This document shows, piece after piece, positions 37,968 to 50,874 of a stretch of DNA of 64,000 bases. Every line of letters begins with the position of its first letter. Position 1 is the stretch's first letter. The DNA comes from Polymyxa betae A26-41. Taxonomy: Eukaryota; Protista; Endomyxa: Phytomyxea. The notes beneath the pieces are model-generated. The model was not told the origin of the DNA, did not search any database, and saw only the letters and a program-made list of their open reading frames with translations. Where the stretch lies: assembly GCA_003693705.1 (NCBI GenBank), contig RBZT01000633.1:186001-250000 (forward strand), in the 5' to 3' direction. A program made the translations under genes and the position numbers.

Positions 37968-39769
37968 ATGGAGCCGCCAGGCAACCCATCGGATTCGATG
38001 ACGGATATCACAGCTTTGCTGAGGTCTGCTGTTAGTGACCTGGAGATTGGCCAAATGGTTCATGGGCCAAAGTTCTCCTTATTTGAGGTGATTTAGAATT
38101 ACGTGCTTTTGTGGTTTGCTTTATCAAGATGATAGGCAATGTCAGCTCTGGAAATGTTTGATCCCAAAATGGATCCACGTTTGGGTTTTAATCCTGAACA
38201 TACAGAGCCTGATTGTGAATACCAATGGTTAACGGAATCGGATGCCATTCAAGCCATGGATCGATTATTACAATGTGAATCGTATTTCTATTCAGGTCGC
38301 AATTCCGCCATGTAATTACAATTGCTTATTCTAATGCCATTCGTAGGCACAACTCTACTGCATTCAGTCCTACTTTGCGCCTGGCTTCATGATTGTAATC
38401 AGTTGATGCTTCCAACGGAGCATCTACCTACCATTGCTGTTAGAGCCTATTCTCTTGCCGTTCTTCGATGTATCAACAGGATTGTTGATGCTTTGTATAC
38501 CTCAGACGTAGTTTACGAAGAAGATATCACCTTGGAACGATTCGGGTCCTAGTTTTCTGTCGATCTGTGTCTCTTAGATTAACGGACAGATTTAGGTTTT
38601 CCCTTGGGGAATCGATACCATCAAGCTATATTCTCGAGAGCATTGATCGGGCCATTAGTTTATTCCCAGAACAATCACCAGTTTGGTTGAGGCTGCAGTA
38701 CCGTCGTCATTTGCTACACGCTTTCGAATATTTCTTTGGCAATAACTCGGCGAATTTTCGGCATGCGTTCTCTTATCTCGGCAGCTGTATCGAATCTGTA
38801 GATAAGCTGAATCTACCTGAAGATGAATGTTGCCCCAAAATTTCTTATTTTGACCTCTCTGTTCCTTGTAATTATCTTGCATCGTGCCCTCCGCGTTTAA
38901 TCAAGCTAAAGTCCCCAAAACAGTCATTACTGCAGCAAAAAGATTTGTTTGAACAGCTGATGTGTCTTTCATATTTTCCCGCCGATTCTACTGCTGATCA
39001 ATTGCTGCAGTTCTCAAGTGCATTTGCTACCTGCCTTCCAGCAAACATTATCCCCAGAGCATGCTTATATTTACTCAGTTTATCTGTATCTAACATTCAG
39101 CCTTCGTATCGCCTGTTTTTACGCTGTCTGTCAATGAACAGATCGCGAGCTCATCGTTTCACATCGAAACTATTCGCTGCCTGTCTAACGCTTCCTTCTC
39201 CTGATTTCGCCTTGATGGTTCTTATCCATCATGTTGAAGCAATGCTGGAACTTGAGTTGCTTTCACCGCAAGAATACTCCTCTGTCTTCTTTATTTTGGA
39301 TGCGTTATATTCATCTCTGACGGCAGCGACGATGACTCGTTTTATGCGAGGCTGTATGCTTCTCGCTAAGGGGTTGTTGCTTTCATATCTATCCTTTTCA
39401 TTGTGTGCCTCTCAAGAGCAAACCCCATTGATTGACCAGGAATATATTTTTTCGCACAGGTTCAGTCTTGTTTACAGGCATCTGGAGAACTTTCCAACAT
39501 GCGCGAAATTTCAAAGTACTGTCTCGTTCATTCGCAGTCAAGAGCTTCGTTCGACGATAGAACGAGCATCAAAGTATTTCGAAGATGCCAAATCATGTTT
39601 TTCTGATGGTCATTTCGTCATGCCGAATCAGGAAAAACGCGCTAGGAGACTTGCAACCATTGCTGGATGTAACTGTGCTAGTGTCAAGTCATTATCTAGC
39701 AGAATGGGACAAGCTATTTCAGTTCGTTGGATTGGTGACCACACATACCCTATTATCAGGTGGGCTTGA
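37968..39769 (+). CDS. NAA35: NatC auxiliary subunit Mak10
   Basis: MTDITALL...[53 protein letters not shown]. Confidence 0.9.
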
Positions 39770-40249
39770 TCGGAAATACATCAATGTTATAACGATTCTT
39801 GAATCCTCGAAAACTTTAGCACGCATCAGGAAAATATGTTCGCTGTTTTTATCGATCACAATCTGAACTGTTTAGACTCGGGGCTCAGATACCTAAGAGT
39901 GCATTTTTATTGAACTCCAACAAAGGAAACTTGCGTCTTTTCGCAATGCAGAAGCATGATGTCTTCGCTGCTGAATTGCGATCAACGATCACGCTATGTA
40001 TTCTGGCTTTGCGCATACAATGATAATTGCAAACTGTCCATTTTGACTCGTAAAGCATTTCGAGATGGATGGGTAAGCAGCTTTATAAATAAAAGCTTCC
40101 CCATGCTAAATTTCGCGATCCAGAAGCTTGACAATGTTGCTTGTTTGCGCATTGTTTGGGGATGTATCATTACGGGTTTTGGCATGGTGTATTGCTTAAG
40201 TGAGACTACTCCTCGTACACTACCGTATATATAATGATATCACATCATC

Positions 40250-41920
40250 ATGATATACTATTTAATTGATCGTAGAACCATTGCTTCTGCCATTATCGCA
40301 GCTACTTTCGCCATCTGTCTCACAGCAGTCATCGGTTTCGTATGCTATGACCATTATCAGACGAAACCCAATCATGGCAAGACCAACCGGCAACCACCCG
40401 TACAGGCACCTACCAATTCCAGCATTAGTCATATGGCAGATTCTGAGAGTAAATCCAAGCCCGTCGTTTCAAACATTGTTCTTGGAGATGATCCAATCCA
40501 AACCAATATCAACGATCAAGAATATGAATCGAATCCGGAACAAGTGGAAACAAAAGTTGACGAGTACTGCATGCCTATACATACATTTAAAGGCAACAAT
40601 TACCATGATAAACGTACCCGAATCGTTTATGGTGATCACCCGGTTCCTGAAGAAGACTATGACAAAATGTCGTTTATCGACATCGAAATCGATTCCGGCT
40701 CAAAAGCGGAATACCGTCAGAATATACCTGCAGATGGATCTTGCAATAATAATCAGCCAAATCGATGTCAGAGATCGGCCATTCCAGGCTGCGAAACTGA
40801 TATTTCAGAAACAGTTAATAGCTGTCCGAGGTCGTCATATCAGCATGATATGGCAGCTGATTCCAATCCAAATTCTGCTGAAGAACAGATCAAAAGTCCT
40901 CAGAAGCCATCTCGCCCATCTGAAGCAGATTTACAACGTTATGCAGTCAGCATGATCAAGCGCTGCAAGCACAGCTTGAAGTTGTTTTACCGATCAGGAC
41001 GGTACGAACCTGTTGACGATGAAAGTTCATGGCAAGTTTTTGAGCATTTCGCCTCCTCGTCGAAATACTATATGCAAGTCGTTGCGTACCGACTAAAAAA
41101 TCAAGAGCTTGAGCATATGGAACAATTTCGGCGAATCTGTAGAAGTTATGAGAAAAGGGATGAGGATAACCCTGAAAGAAAGACATTTGTTCTACATTCG
41201 GACGGAATTCGTGAATTTCTGGATTCTTTTCAAAAATATAAGCAATGGCGAGATGGCAAATCTACTGATTGTCTGCAATATGCCGATCGGATTAAAGCTA
41301 AGAGGTACGATGACTTTTTGAACTTAGCAGCAATATGCATTGCAAAACATCTCGATCATATTATCGAAGTTGGGGAGAGAAGCGGCAATTTTACTATAAG
41401 GCATTATCAAAGGTTTTGGAACTTCTCCAAATTTGCCAGAGTGTATGCTATGCTACCAGATCTTCCGGAGCCACTTCAACAAAAACTGAACGAGCTAGAA
41501 AACGCTATTCTATCTATTAGGTCCTGCGTGTTCGATCGTGTTAATGGACTGAGAAGTACTATCGGTGACAGCAAATCTTCGTCTAAGAAAACGTCACTTT
41601 CATCAAATAAAGCTTCTAGCGCAAGTGTTGGTTATGAGCCACCCAAAGAACGGAAGTCATCTCAAGACAACTCCTCGCCCATAAGAACGCCAAATTTGGA
41701 AAGGCATTGTATCCAGAACAATGAGAACATGGCAGAGAATGGGTTGATTCATGATCAGCAATTCAAAACCCAATGTAACCCGGCTCCAGTATCACCGGAA
41801 AGGAAGGTGCTTTCAAGGCTTGATAATCTTCCCAGCGTTATTAAGCCAAACGGCAAACCAGCAAGCAAGTCGACAGCGTTGAAGATTTTTTTTCGGCGTA
41901 AGCGTGCTGGATTGGCATAA
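40250..41920 (+). CDS. Intronless 556-aa protein with N-terminal signal anchor, unknown function
   Basis: Long ORF; TM IASAIIAATFAICLTAVIGFVCY; disordered linker; helical core; basic C-terminus. Confidence 0.75.
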   Translation: MIYYLIDRRTIASAIIAATFAICLTAVIGFVCYDHYQTKPNHGKTNRQPPVQAPTNSSISHMADSESKSKPVVSNIVLGDDPIQTNINDQEYESNPEQVETKVDEYCMPIHTFKGNNYHDKRTRIVYGDHPVPEEDYDKMSFIDIEIDSGSKAEYRQNIPADGSCNNNQPNRCQRSAIPGCETDISETVNSCPRSSYQHDMAADSNPNSAEEQIKSPQKPSRPSEADLQRYAVSMIKRCKHSLKLFYRSGRYEPVDDESSWQVFEHFASSSKYYMQVVAYRLKNQELEHMEQFRRICRSYEKRDEDNPERKTFVLHSDGIREFLDSFQKYKQWRDGKSTDCLQYADRIKAKRYDDFLNLAAICIAKHLDHIIEVGERSGNFTIRHYQRFWNFSKFARVYAMLPDLPEPLQQKLNELENAILSIRSCVFDRVNGLRSTIGDSKSSSKKTSLSSNKASSASVGYEPPKERKSSQDNSSPIRTPNLERHCIQNNENMAENGLIHDQQFKTQCNPAPVSPERKVLSRLDNLPSVIKPNGKPASKSTALKIFFRRKRAGLA

Positions 41921-42123
41921 AATTGCCCTAGCATGCAAATATGTTTAGGTAGAGAACAATACAAGACTTAAAAAAACCAGCTATCGTTATTAGTGTGTTA
42001 TTCAATCTCCAATAAATAATTATTGATGTTTTTTCAGATACGGGATGTTAGGGTTTTATGGCTTACGTAGAAAACGCTGGATAAACCCGTTGTTTACTTA
42101 AGATCAGCTCCAAAAACTTACTA

Positions 42124-42909
42124 ATGCATAGCCAGAGCAGTGTTGCAAGCATTTCTCCTGCTATATCTCAGGGCAATAACTCTTTCTATAAGCTTAGTCG
42201 AATACCAATAATAATCGCTTTGACAGCTCTCGCCATCTCCATTATTGTGATTGCCTTTATCACGTCGTCATATTCGCCATATCAAGACTCTGCATCTTCT
42301 TCAGACTGGAATAAATCCAACCACCTCCAAAACCAGACCGTCGAGAATCAATACCATCCGATCACAATTGTTGGAAACGGCACGGATCCTTCAAATAGAA
42401 CAGAAATCCCATCTTTCTCTTCTAAGCAAGCTGTCTTAATGACATCTCTGAATAATTTTCAGCTAGCATTTGATTTATTGGCAAATTCGATCAATGAAAT
42501 GTCAGTTTCTTCATTAATTCGAGCATTTACAGAGTTTCGTCGTTGCTGGGAAACTTCTATCTCCACTTCGTATATCGATGATCAATTCCGTCTCATTCAA
42601 GCTGCTATAATTGAGCTATTGCGACCTGCGCACGACGAGCTTATCAAGCTGAAAGAAAGGGCAAGAAAGTTACCACCTCCAGGCGAGAACATAGGCAGCT
42701 GGGAGCGATTTAACAAACACTTTAGACGATGTGCAGATAGTGGAGTTGTACAATTCATGAAACCAGTAATAGCGATCATACAGGGACCTAATCCATATAA
42801 GTTATGGGCTCTTATTGATGAAATCTGCATAATATATCGAGAGCAAATAACGCCAACCCATTCTGTCGAGTTTCTTCAAGAATGCATCTCCAAGCAGGTG
42901 GCCATGTGA
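42124..42909 (+). CDS. Intronless 261-aa protein with N-terminal signal anchor, unknown function
   Basis: TM IPIIIALTALAISIIVIAFI; S/N-rich linker with N-x-S/T sites; helical C-terminal domain. Confidence 0.7.
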   Translation: MHSQSSVASISPAISQGNNSFYKLSRIPIIIALTALAISIIVIAFITSSYSPYQDSASSSDWNKSNHLQNQTVENQYHPITIVGNGTDPSNRTEIPSFSSKQAVLMTSLNNFQLAFDLLANSINEMSVSSLIRAFTEFRRCWETSISTSYIDDQFRLIQAAIIELLRPAHDELIKLKERARKLPPPGENIGSWERFNKHFRRCADSGVVQFMKPVIAIIQGPNPYKLWALIDEICIIYREQITPTHSVEFLQECISKQVAM

Positions 42910-44858
42910 TTTGTTGCTTTATTTCTAGCATCTGCATCTCTATGACAAGTTCGTTATCGTTAACTTGCATTATTGAGTATGGGTAGTTCTTAACATGGCA
43001 GTACCTAACACCGTGGTTTCAATACAGAAGTGATTCGTATTGGAATGTAAGTAAATGTTAAAAGTGTTTTGGAACTTTACCAACACCATTGCTTTTCCTG
43101 ATTATGAGATCATACTGACTGTAAACTATGGTATTAATAAAATATTTAAGCGTTCAAGTATTCATCCAATGAAATTTTCAAAAGTAAAACACTTCAGATT
43201 ATATGTATTCGAGCATGCTATCTGAGCGCAGAGAAACTTGATGCAACATTAAGAAGCAATCACCGATTAATTTCACAGTCGGCGTTCCTGATTGTCTGTG
43301 ACAGATGATGTTAGGCACCATCACACGTGAAGCCATGCAACAAATAGTTTTTCAATGCAGAAAAAGACGGGTGTTCCGTTTATCGAGCCTTTTATGATCG
43401 GTCATTATCTGAAATAGATATTACCAGGAACACTTTTCGTTAAAGATGGAAATCCTATTAAGACGGCGTTTCAACTTGGCCGAGAGCTCAAGGAGGCTTG
43501 TCGCTTCCATTACGAGCTTATGAGAATGGCAAACAAGTTGTCGGTCTGTACATTTGATTAGACGAGACTAAGCCGAAGTTACTGAAACGATGAAACGATT
43601 GAATAAGATCCAAGTATAATTTGATGCTAGAAGTGACCAGATAGTATCGGCGAATGATCGTCTCTGCCATATTCCAGCCTATAACGATGCAAGGAATGCC
43701 AAAAGTTTGATGACGGTTAAGAAAGCTGTTGCGGTCGTTGGAACAAAAATTAGTGTTGATGTCGAGAATGATCCATAAAGTACGACTGACCAGAGAATTC
43801 TACAGAGAATTAGCAGCGTACATAGAGCATCATCGTCGCTACTGTCAGCTCAGTACAAATCCAGCCACTTCAGAAGACGTTGTCACATCCTCTGTACAGG
43901 ATGATGATATCAGCAATGCACCATTCATCGACGTCATCAACAGATGTAATAACCCAAGTAGCATTTCGTTTGAACGTGATGTACTAAACTGAAATTTACC
44001 ATCTTTTGATACAAAGAGACAAACTGAAAACCCTAAATAACGGCTGATAATGGATGTCACTGTCTTTAGTATTCACAGATTGCTCTGACACCTTGAGGGA
44101 TGCGATTTTACAAGATTCAGCGGTACCTGGCAATTAACGGCTTTCAATCGCAATTGATATCTGTCTAGATCAACAACGAATGGCAACCGGATGATCACCA
44201 TAACGGCATAACCCTTAGCAGATCACTGAATTACAACCAATGAACCTGTGACGAATCGTGATGGGCACCGCCACTCATTGAGCCATGAGACTAGCGGCGG
44301 CCTCTTCGTTCAAATTCTTCGTTCAAAGGAAGACGGGGGTCGCTCCGTCAAAGAAAGCCTCCTGTCAGTCCAACTGTCATTTGTATTGTTAAAAGATAAG
44401 ATGAGCCACTTGTTTGGGTTCTTATTGGCTCTTTAGATGTTTGGAGAGCTGGGTTAACGTTCCCTTTCTTCTAGTGATTATTAGGACATTGCGTTTTCGA
44501 AGTCAGTTTGGTTCTTGAGCTGTCGGTACCTTAATCATAACACGAGCCATCACATTTAGTTAGAGACCACAACGTAGCGGTTTGAATCCTGCCTGCAAGC
44601 GGAGCATGGCGACAAATCGTCTAACATAGATGTCGACATTCTCAATTTCAACACTGCTCAATGACTAAGCCTATGCTCTGCACTGAGAGCTGCATATATA
44701 AATCCAAATAAACATTTCATGCCTTGTGAATGATTCAGCGCAACCCATTCTGATATGTAATAAATCAAATGTAAGGAGATGGCAACCGATTATGGGTTGC
44801 TTGTGTATAAACAAGGATTTATGACACACACAGAACCAACTTAATCTTCATCTCGTTC

Positions 44859-45572
44859 ATGGACAATCACCGTCATGCGGTAAACATTCCCGAGGTCGTA
44901 CCCGACCACGATGACGAATTTCTCCGTGTGACTCATTCAGTAGGCTTCCCATCAGCATTCTCTGTCATGACCAAAGGCGAGCCCAGCTCTAACGACACTC
45001 GGACGAGACTGAAATCGAATAGCTGGCGAGATGAAGAGGTCCTGTATCTGAGTGAGCTTGGTGCTGACCCAGATCTGCGTAAAGATTGGGATCTAATTGC
45101 ACAGAAGATGAGCGCGAAATTTGGTACCAGTTATCGTACCAAGTATTTTCCAGCTACTATCAAACAGAGATGGTTCAAGCTTAATCCTCAGAAACCTAGA
45201 CCTTCACATCGTGATCCATATCTTGATTTTGTACAATCAGAGAACATACAGAATCATGAATCTATCATCACTCGAACACCTTACCATAGAGAAGAGCTCT
45301 CCTATCTAGCTGAGCTTATCCGAGATTTTGGACTCAGAGATTGGTCTCGTGTTGCACAACGTATGCAGCTGAAATTTGGTGACAAATATCGTCGTTATGC
45401 GCCAATGTCACTCTCCATGAAATGGGCTCGACTTCGTGCTAAGAATCAATTACCTCTGCCTCCCGTAAGTTATATTTCACAGTCTTCTTCAATCTCAGTT
45501 CCAGTCTTGCTTCTTGCAATGTGCTTGTTTTGTTTTTGGCATTGTGCTTTCGCATTTTGGCTCGTTAATTGA
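44859..45572 (+). CDS. Protein with two divergent Myb/SANT repeats
   Basis: SWRDEEVLYL...DWDLIAQKM...IKQRWFKL and PYHREELSYL...DWSRVAQRM...SMKWARL; 3' end may be spliced at GTAAGT 45465. Confidence 0.75.
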   Translation: MDNHRHAVNIPEVVPDHDDEFLRVTHSVGFPSAFSVMTKGEPSSNDTRTRLKSNSWRDEEVLYLSELGADPDLRKDWDLIAQKMSAKFGTSYRTKYFPATIKQRWFKLNPQKPRPSHRDPYLDFVQSENIQNHESIITRTPYHREELSYLAELIRDFGLRDWSRVAQRMQLKFGDKYRRYAPMSLSMKWARLRAKNQLPLPPVSYISQSSSISVPVLLLAMCLFCFWHCAFAFWLVN

Positions 45573-46638
45573 CGGCGGCACCTATAGCAATCAGAAATTG
45601 AAGGTTCTGCTGCGGAGATGGCTGTAGAGATAACAAAACCAGAGCCCGGTGCTTGAAATCTCATACAGTGATAATCCTCAACAACCAACTGGCGATACTC
45701 CGGTTGAAGACGCCGGTTAACTTCTTCAAACACCACCATTATCTTACCAATTTGAACGTTGTATGATTACCCATTTAGCAATGTTCTTCTTTCAATCTGT
45801 AGTCGCAAAATAAAGCCGGCTATCGATAGTTTTTAGGCCTATTACGACTGTGCCTCTGTTTTTTTCAATGTCTCAGGAAACCTTTTTTGACACAGATCTG
45901 ATAGTGAAATGATCTATTAGCAGTTTGCGACACTGGAAAGCCAGATTTTGATTACAGTCCTGCAATACTTCCCAAAATGAAATTGTGTTTTGGGTACCGC
46001 CGCCAACGTCAAAGATCGGTGTCACAGGTAGTCGCTGAAAGCTTCCAAGTTCCATGATTTGAAAGTTTCTGCTCGGTTGGTTGCGGAATCAGTAGACATT
46101 CCTTGCTGACCACGCGGTGAAGTCGATCATTAGCTGAGAGAGCTGGAATAAGATAGCGATCTATTGATGAAGAGGAATAGTGAATGATTAGCAAAGTGAG
46201 TTATGTTACAGACGAGTCTCTTGGGACCCACCTCATATTTTTGTCATAATTCATAACAACACTCTCTAGACTTTCATCTTGTCGTAATGCTGGAGACCAA
46301 TTCAGACCCAGCATCAATCGCTAAGCTATTCTCCAGAAGGCGCTACGATTCATTGGCAAAACGTATTCCGCTTCTCTATGTAATCCTTAAACAAACATTA
46401 GAAGCAATGCAGTGCAAGTTTCTCCAGACTGGGCCTCCATCTTTTTCTACCTTTGCTTTCGGCTATTAAAGAAATGAATCCTGTTTAGAAAACACTGTCT
46501 GGTTTATTGGCAGTAGACGTATTCCTAGCTGGACACAATCTGGCCAAAACCTATATCTAACTCAGCGCCTGTTTTTAGTACTTTCTGATCCCTCGATCGA
46601 GTTGTACATATCGAGTCAGCTGATGTCACCGGCGTCTA

Positions 46639-49600
46639 ATGGCGATGTTGCATGGCTGGTTACTCATCTTTATTTCTCTGACAGCATGTACACTAATCTG
46701 GTCCCAATCATCACCTCCGGCATCAGGATCTGAGTTGGTTCTATGGACATCTGCAGCTGTCACTGAATGGGTGACCATTCTGGCCAACAAATACCTATCC
46801 GACAAAGTCGATAGTCGAGTCACGTCGATACGAATTCTGGAGAGCACATATCCGCTTTTATTCAAGAACCTCATGGAGCGTGATCTCATCGACCTTCACA
46901 TTTATGCTATCAATCCAATGGTGCCGCATGATTTTACCTCAGACCAGGCTATATTGCCAGTTGCCTTGAATTCCATAGCTATCGCCGTTAATCTCCCGAA
47001 TATTACATCGCTGGCGCTGTCGACTGATGCAATTCTATCGATATTTAATGGGACATGCCCGACATGGAATCATTCTCTGATTCAACAAGACAACCCGAGC
47101 TTGGCTTTACCATCAGACTCAATTGTTCTCGTCAAGCGAGATGATCCGGCTGCGTCGACCAATGCGTTGTTATCGTTCTTTCAGGAATCATCCAGTTATT
47201 GGGACCAACGCTATGGAAATTCAATGCCTCACTTACCGAACGATATTTTCGCATCTAACATTAGTAGACTCATCGAAGAAACAGTTCGACACCAATATTC
47301 ATTAACGTATGCGACCGTCAACGCCTTCTCATCGACTTCGTTAACAGTGGTCCATTTCAAAAATCAGTTTGGATTGGTGGTATCTACTGATGATACATCA
47401 GTTGTGAAGGATTTTAAGGATTCTAATCATATTCCAGCGCTGACCAAGTTTGCATCCTGCCATTACCCACTCGCAATGGCTGTTATCATACAGATGCCTA
47501 AAATTACTGCCAATATGGATACGGCTGTGAAGCGGTCTCGATTTCTGCTTTGGATTATTGAAAAATTTCTAACCAAAACCGAGAACGTTGCCGACGACTT
47601 TGACCTAATTCCAATTATCGAAGCGAAACGTGATATGCTAATGCTGGATTCAGTTCAGGTCAAAGACCAATCTGACCAGCGTGTACTTCAGACTGTGCTA
47701 AATACAAGATCTTGTATGATTGGCCAGACGAGATCAGAAACCTCAGCGCCTGTATTTTATATCGATATTCTGAACCAGGTTCTACCAACATCTAGGTCAC
47801 CTTATATCGATACTACATGTTTGCCATGCCCATCTGGAACCTACAATATCGATCCGTTTTCGGGCATGTGCAACGAATGTCCAAAGCACGCAAGCTGCCC
47901 CGGTGGGCAGTACCTGTATGTGCCACAAGGCACCTGGGCTTATGTTTATACCGCTAATCAATCCACATTGGTCTGGGTGATCACATGCGAGCAGGACCTG
48001 CGGTCGTGCTGCCCTGATGACCATTGCAGGGTCGATCCGAACCCAGGATCCAGTACAACCTGTAGCGAGCTGTTCACTGGCCCGGGTTGTGGCCGATGCA
48101 TTCCTGGATATATTCCCTGGCTACGAACCTGTTATTCGTGTGATCTATCAGGTTTGGCTGTGGCTGCCCAGATTCTTGGCTTTATTATCATCTGTGTGAT
48201 CTTCTGTTTATTCGCCATGCTCGCCCCGCAAATGTCTGAAATGATCTACATTGAGACGTTTCTGTTTCATCTCCAAATCAGTATACGATTATTGCAAAAG
48301 ATGTCGTTGTGGTCGAAAGCGAATCGAACCTGGGTCCGAGAAGTTCTCATATATCTGGCTGGCTTCAGAATTTTTGATGATTCCAATCTATTAATGTTAC
48401 CTGCATTGAGCTGCCCATTCCAGTACGTCTGATAATCGGGCGTAAAATCGTATGGTTAACTGCTATTGTAGGAACAATCTCACTATGGTAGAAATTCTTT
48501 CACTCGTTTTAGCAATTGTATATTTCACGACCCCGACAGTATTAATTACAGTGATCGGGCCCTTCTGGCTAAATTCCAGAAAGAAATCGTCGTCTTTGGG
48601 CGAAAAATCCAATTCTTCAGCAGATGTTGGAGTATTTGTCGATCCTGACAGGTAGGCTGAGGCTTGCAACCCCAAATATTAATGCTGACATTTGCACTTG
48701 CTAGAGATCGTGCCTTTCTCAGGACCCTTTGTCTAAACGGGACATTTCGAATGTTTACGTTTGCTATGACACCTATACTGTATCGCTCACTATCGGCCAT
48801 GAACTGTATCGAGAACCCCATTGACGGCAGTAAGGTTCTATCATCAGCATTATCAGAGAAATGCTGGACTGAAGGACATCAACATCTCTATGTTCTGGCA
48901 GGCTGTATCATTTTCACGTTCGTCGTCATTTTTCCATTTCTTCTCAATCGAGAGATGACCAAACCTGAACACGTTCTGAATGCTCATGATCCTGCATATA
49001 ATCTGATGAGCCACATGAAGAAACGGTATCGAGTCTATCGGCCAGCAATCGTGGCAATCGATCACGTTCTGGAGAAGTATGTGGAATTCCTTTCTTAATA
49101 TCATCGATCTGATTACGAGTCTATAGATTTCTGATTCTATCGGCTCTGGTATTTGGATCACGGGATCCATATGCACTTACTTTCTCGTTCGGATTGTTGC
49201 TTCTCATTCGAATCAATTTCACATTCTATGCTCGCCACTATGATAACGTCTTGAGAGTCGGTTATTATTATCTAACTTGAGGCTGTTGTACTCAACTCCG
49301 ATTAAATAGATCTTATCAATACTCAGCTTGACTACAATCACTATGATTTCGCTTAGTGATGGATTTAAAGACTCATATAATGCCACATTGATGAGTATGC
49401 TTTTGGTAATGATATGTCCTATCATTTGTGCAGGAATGTGTATTGGCGAATATATTAACAGGTACATATCACTGCCGGAATATAAAGTTAAGCCCATGAA
49501 TTTTATAGGAGGAAGCTTCAGCATAAAATAGTTCCTGTGATAAAGAGGCATTTGGCAGTATACTCATCGACCAAGCCTTCAACAATTAGACCAAACAACT

Positions 49601-49653
49601 TCTCGATCATAACAAATTCAAGTGCTGGCAGAAGATACCCACATAATGGCTAA
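46639..49653 (+). CDS. Receptor-like protein: signal peptide, PstS-like type 2 periplasmic-binding domain, Cys-rich region, ~8-9 TM module
   Basis: LPVALNSIAIAVNLPN...LSTDAILSIFNGTCPTWNHSLIQQDNPSLALPSDSIVLVKRDD; CLPCPSGTY...CPKHASCPGG...GPGCGRCIPGY; hydrophobic helices across short introns to TAA at 49651. Confidence 0.8.
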
Positions 49654-49678
49654 AGTTTCTGCAGAAACGAGAACAAAT

Positions 49679-50874
49679 TTATTGCTTTGGTAGTGGTGAA
49701 AACTAGAACAATATAATATTGAATAAATGATAGGATATGAATAGGGCTGAGAATTGATACCTTGATAAGGAGATTACAGATATCAGTAAGGGTAATGAGA
49801 CCTTCAGGTTTTCCAGATGGATCTTCAATCCAGACATGATGTAATTTACTATTAGCCATACGAGCCATTAGAACTCCCAATGATTCAGTTGCTGATACTG
49901 ATACTGGAGTCAACGGATCCGAAACATGGCGTTTCAAGATATCGATGACTTTCTCAGAGAACATTCGAGCCAGCTCCTCTCCTAATTACAATCTTATTCA
50001 AACTTGGGGTATTGGCTTAGGCTCATGGCGTACCGAATCCTCTTAAATCTGATGGAGAGAAGTTGCCTACTAGACGACCTCCATGATCAACAATAGCTAG
50101 ACAAGAGACATGCTTCCTTGCCATTGTCTGAATGGCATCAGATAATGTGGCGCTGATGTCAATCGAGATCGGTTTTTTCGATGTAAAACCTGCAATGAAT
50201 GCAATCAGAATACGAATATTTAGTTAATGAGTATCAACTAACCCAGATCTGCTAAATGAACGTCACCAAATCGTTTCAATTCAGGAGTCTGAAATAGATT
50301 TCCAACAACATATCGATTAATATCAGATTGTGATACAATTGTATAACCGCGAGGATCATTTTCAAGTTTTACAATACAACGATGCATTCGACCAATACTT
50401 GATAGAAACTTAATCGCATCCAGAATTCGGCAACGTTCTTCGACTAAACAAAGCCATTCAGATTCCATACAGGCTGAGCTGGAATGATGACCTTGGAGAG
50501 GTGGCGATCCAGCAGCATTAACAACCTTCTCCAAAGTGGTATTCATCGCTTCTTCACGATCTGGTCGGGTTGCAAGAAATAATAGCAGATCGTGATAGGA
50601 TACAAGAGCAATCCATTGAATCATGCCCAGATCGTTGGGTTTCATAACCGGCGCCGACTAAAGATGATGTTAAGAAATAACTGAGATCGATCTTGGCGAT
50701 AATTACCAGAACGCGGGCTCGTGATAATGTTTGAAATGCAGAGGCGACAGTTGACATATAATGTAGAACGGTAATATTACGATGTTGTGGGATACAGGCT
50801 GATATAGGAGCATGCAGGATATCATCCATTGGTTGATAAGCGGCACGACCTTCACCATCATTATGCACAGGCAT
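49679..50874 (-). CDS. Multi-CBS-domain protein (AMPK-gamma/Sds23-like)
   Basis: IVSQSDI, VSCLAIVDHGGRLVGNFSPSDLRG, LHHVWIEDPSGKPEGLITLTDI. Confidence 0.85.
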
